From Candidatus Helarchaeota ASGARD archaeon Hel_GB_B (lineage in GTDB: Archaea > Asgardarchaeota > Lokiarchaeia > Helarchaeales > HEL-GB-B), in contig SUPR01000110.1 in NCBI GenBank assembly GCA_005191425.1, positions 1-9,933 on the forward strand: a DNA stretch of 9,933 nt. The letters run 5' to 3'. A model generated the notes under the pieces. That model searched no databases. It was not told the origin of the DNA and worked only from the letters and a program-made list of their open reading frames with translations. Shown here piece by piece: positions 7,374 to 9,933 of the stretch. The position numbers and the translations under genes were made by a program. Within the stretch, counting starts at the first letter, position 1; each line of letters begins with the position of its first letter.

Positions 7374-7582
7374 TATTGACCGATTAATTATTTTTATAAC
7401 TTATAATTAATATTTAAAAAAAATTGTTCATAATTTAATTCAATTTTAAATTTCTTAATTTAATCTTAAAGATAACTTTTATATGATCAAAAAAATTATT
7501 AATTTATGAAAATTTCAATTAAAACCATTAAATTCTATATTTTAAATCTTTTTTATTCTTTTTAATAAATGAGTGAATTATA

Positions 7583-8671
7583 ATGATAGACCAAAGCTTT
7601 CTGAAAATTAAAAGAAAAGAGCTCTGTAAAAATTGTTTAAAACCTGAGAAATATTATGGTCCATTTAAAGATGGGCTATGCTCTACTTGTCGTGGTGAAG
7701 ATATCTGGGGACAAACCTTAACAGAATCAGAAAAAAATGAATTGTCTAAATTAACAGATGAACTATTGATAAATGCCTCAAAAAAAGGTATTCCAATTGC
7801 TATCGGATTAAGTGGAGGTAAAGATAGTACATACTTAGTCAAAAGAATTATTCAAAAATTTGATGAATTAGGAATTCAAAATAAAATTATTTGTATAACT
7901 GTTAGAATACCGACCGAATCAAAAAATCTGGTACCTAATATAAACAATTTTAAGAAGATAGTTAAAGAATTAAATTTACCTGTTGAATTTTATGAAATTC
8001 GGCCATCTTTTGATATGTATAAATTTTATCTTGATATAATTCTCACTGACAAAATAATAATAGATATTCAACGCACTTATGATACATGTAATTTATGTTC
8101 TGATTTACTGGAGTCATTAGTTATTAAAAAAGCAATTGAACTAGGTTCAAATTTGATCTTTTTCGGTCTATCTCCTGACGAATCAAACAGATTTATTGGG
8201 AAAATTCCTGACGAAAAATTAAGTCATAATTGGTTTCCAGAAATTCTTAATGATGTATTAGACCCAAAAGTTAAGGATGATTTCTATAGTCCAAAATGGG
8301 GCACTGTTAAAGTATTATTTCCCTTTCACTATTGGGATTATGATGAAAATGCAGCAAGAAACGAAAGTAAACAATACATAAAAGAAAGCGACCCATTTAA
8401 AACAAATTGTAGTATGGTCTTTTTGAATATGGTTTTAGACCTTTATACAGTTGGTAAAATGGGCTATATTGAGAGCTACTCTCACCTCGTTCGTACCGGT
8501 GCGATGTCAAAATCAGACGGTATTACATATTTAAATACATTTTTATCACTGATTAAAAATCGCCAGAGTTTTATCTGGACTGAACATATTAATCCCATTC
8601 TTGAAAAGTTTAACCTTAGTTTTGAAGATTTAGTTGATAAAAGAAAAAAAATAATTGATTCAATTTCATAA
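7583..8671 (+). CDS. PP-loop (N-type) ATP pyrophosphatase of the adenine nucleotide alpha-hydrolase superfamily, WbpG/WbuX/PseA-like architecture
   Basis: N-terminal CKNC (aa15-18) and CSTC (33-36); PP-loop IGLSGGKDS (SGGKDS at 77-82); CNLC (169-172); FFGLSPDE; VLFPF; TNC (274-276); HLVRTGAMSKSDG. Confidence 0.85.
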   Translation: MIDQSFLKIKRKELCKNCLKPEKYYGPFKDGLCSTCRGEDIWGQTLTESEKNELSKLTDELLINASKKGIPIAIGLSGGKDSTYLVKRIIQKFDELGIQNKIICITVRIPTESKNLVPNINNFKKIVKELNLPVEFYEIRPSFDMYKFYLDIILTDKIIIDIQRTYDTCNLCSDLLESLVIKKAIELGSNLIFFGLSPDESNRFIGKIPDEKLSHNWFPEILNDVLDPKVKDDFYSPKWGTVKVLFPFHYWDYDENAARNESKQYIKESDPFKTNCSMVFLNMVLDLYTVGKMGYIESYSHLVRTGAMSKSDGITYLNTFLSLIKNRQSFIWTEHINPILEKFNLSFEDLVDKRKKIIDSIS

Positions 8672-8696
8672 TTTTTCTTTAATTTTTCTATTTTAT
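8672..8696 (+). terminator. Archaeal-type oligo-T terminator
   Basis: TTTTTCTTTAATTTTTCTATTTTAT directly follows the TAA of 7583..8671. Confidence 0.45.
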
Positions 8697-8749
8697 ATGT
8701 TTTAACTTTTAATTAGAGTACAAAAGAACTTTCTTCTTATTTTATTTTT

Positions 8750-8764
8750 ATTTCAGACTGAAAT
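8750..8764. promoter_or_regulatory. 15-bp palindrome ATTTCAG-A-CTGAAAT, candidate operator upstream of nrdD
   Basis: Perfect 7-bp arms with a 1-nt spacer; near copy at 7065..7079. Confidence 0.35.
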
Positions 8765-8852
8765 CACTAAAAATCGTTAATTAAATCTTTTTGCTACTCA
8801 TATTTAAGTAAGTGTATTTTAATAATTTAAGCAAATGTTCCTACTCATATAA

Positions 8853-8909
8853 ATAAAACTTAGTTTAATTTTAATTTCATTACATAAACTTTAAAATTTT
8901 AATTTCATT
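8853..8909. repeat. Imperfect tandem duplication upstream of nrdD
   Basis: ATAAAACTTAGTTTAATTTTAATTTCATT (8853-8881) and ATAAACTTTAAAATTTTAATTTCATT (8884-8909). The exact 15-mer AATTTTAATTTCATT occurs at 8867 and 8895. Confidence 0.55.
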
Positions 8910-8934
8910 TATATTGGACTTTATTAAGGTTTTT

Positions 8935-8967
8935 TTTAAAAAAACATTGTTAAATTAGAAAATGTGA
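8935..8967 (+). promoter_or_regulatory. Putative TATA box (TTTAAAAA, 8935-8942) and SD-like GTGA (8964-8967) of nrdD
   Basis: Spacing fits a short-leader archaeal transcript; GTGA lies 7 nt before ATG 8975. Confidence 0.4.
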
Positions 8968-8974
8968 ATAAAAT

Positions 8975-9933
8975 ATGACTGAATCAATTGATGTAAGAAA
9001 AAATGACCTTTTTCAAGATATACTTCCCTCTGTTCGTACTACTAATGGTGACATTGAACAATTTAATGGCCAAAAAATTATAAATAGTCTGATTAAAGAA
9101 GCTAATTTGGACAAAAAAACTGCAAAAATAATTACTGATGCTGTTATTAAACGAATTATTAATTCAAAAATTAAATGGTTGTCTGGTCCTGAAATTAGAG
9201 AGCTTTGTTGTTCTATCCTTGCAGAACAAGGACTTATAGAAGCAAGAAAAAGATATACCAGGTTAGGAATGCCTTTAATGGACTACGAAGAGTTATTAAA
9301 AAATGGTATTAAGGAAAATGCAAACCAATATAATAACCCCGAGTCAATTCATTCATGGGTTGCAGACCGGATAGCTTCCGAATATGCTTTACTCAGACTT
9401 TTACCAGAACAACATTCTAATGCACATCTCCGTGGTGATATCCATATCCATATGCTCAGATATTTTGATTTAAGGCCTTTTTGTCAGGAATGGGATCTCC
9501 GGGTCATACTTAAACATGGACTACCACCAACGGGCTGGAGTCATTCCGCTGTAAGTTCCCCCGCAAAACATGCTATGGTCGCAGTTTTACACGCTGCAAA
9601 ATGGCTTGGTATTGTCCAGGGCGAATTTTCAGGTGGACAGGGTTATGACAATTTTACAGTCTTTTTAGCCCCATATTTAAGAGGGAAATCACATGAAGAA
9701 CTCGTCCAATTAGCACAATGTTTTCTTTTTGAAACTAACCAAATTTATGCAGCAAGAGGTGCACAGGTACCATTTACGTCCATATCATGCATTCCGACCG
9801 TCCCCAAAAGTCTTTTAGACGTCCCTGCCGTCTCATTTGGGGGTAAAATAGACGGCGTTTATGGGGACTATGTTGACGAGTGCAATAGATTTTTCAGGGC
9901 AATCAACGAGGTCTACATGGCGGGAGATGGGAC
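8975..9933 (+). CDS. nrdD: Anaerobic (class III) ribonucleoside-triphosphate reductase, archaeal type, 5' part (runs off the window)
   Basis: 319 open codons from ATG 8975. ATP-cone (LPSVRTTNGDIEQFNGQKI..EIRELCCSIL), then KENAN..NPE, AHLRGDIHIH, RPFCQEWD, SGGQGYDNF, ARGAQVPFTS, and a final AGDG. Confidence 0.96.
   Translation, partial: MTESIDVRKNDLFQDILPSVRTTNGDIEQFNGQKIINSLIKEANLDKKTAKIITDAVIKRIINSKIKWLSGPEIRELCCSILAEQGLIEARKRYTRLGMPLMDYEELLKNGIKENANQYNNPESIHSWVADRIASEYALLRLLPEQHSNAHLRGDIHIHMLRYFDLRPFCQEWDLRVILKHGLPPTGWSHSAVSSPAKHAMVAVLHAAKWLGIVQGEFSGGQGYDNFTVFLAPYLRGKSHEELVQLAQCFLFETNQIYAARGAQVPFTSISCIPTVPKSLLDVPAVSFGGKIDGVYGDYVDECNRFFRAINEVYMAGDG

Noticed and set aside
7654-7842. 62-aa minus-strand ORF
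   Set aside because: Fully antisense to the PP-loop motif region.
7583-8671. Calling the PP-loop gene queC, ttcA/ttuA or nadE
   Set aside because: No QueC C-terminal CxxCxxC and no clear full-length match to those families; only superfamily-level support, so no symbol is given.
8785-8800. NrdR-box-like imperfect palindrome TACTCATATTTAAGTA
   Set aside because: Lacks the conserved C4 and G13 of the NrdR consensus.
1-9933. Mobile element or defence island
   Set aside because: No transposase, integrase, terminal inverted repeats, nuclease or DNA-methyltransferase motif IV (DPPY/NPPY) seen; the methyltransferase looks like a small-molecule type.

Overview
Very AT-rich, archaeal-looking window (TTTAAAW/TATA-type boxes about 27-30 nt upstream of starts, GTGA/GGAGG SD-like motifs, oligo-T terminators, archaeal-type class III RNR). 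The gene style suggests an Asgard (Loki/Hel-like) genome, which is inference only. Order: 3' end of a SEC-C motif ORF (+, cut by the window edge); small Zn-ribbon ORF (-); a probable operon of three GNAT-fold genes (+; 381, 163, 326 aa); class I SAM methyltransferase (+); two paralogous wHTH/RAM (Lrp/AsnC-like) genes (-; 287 and 518 aa); a divergent PP-loop ATP pyrophosphatase with Cys motifs (+); and the 5' part of nrdD (+, cut by the window edge). The SEC-C ORF and nrdD are both missing from the ORF track. No RNA genes, CRISPR arrays, transposases or integrases were seen. Main leads: a candidate acyl/methyl/adenylation modification locus with a YghO/bCerS-like acyltransferase, two pairs of full-length plus domain-truncated paralogs, a possible -1 frameshift at the methyltransferase start, a shared palindromic operator candidate, and a GC3 jump at the end of the visible nrdD.
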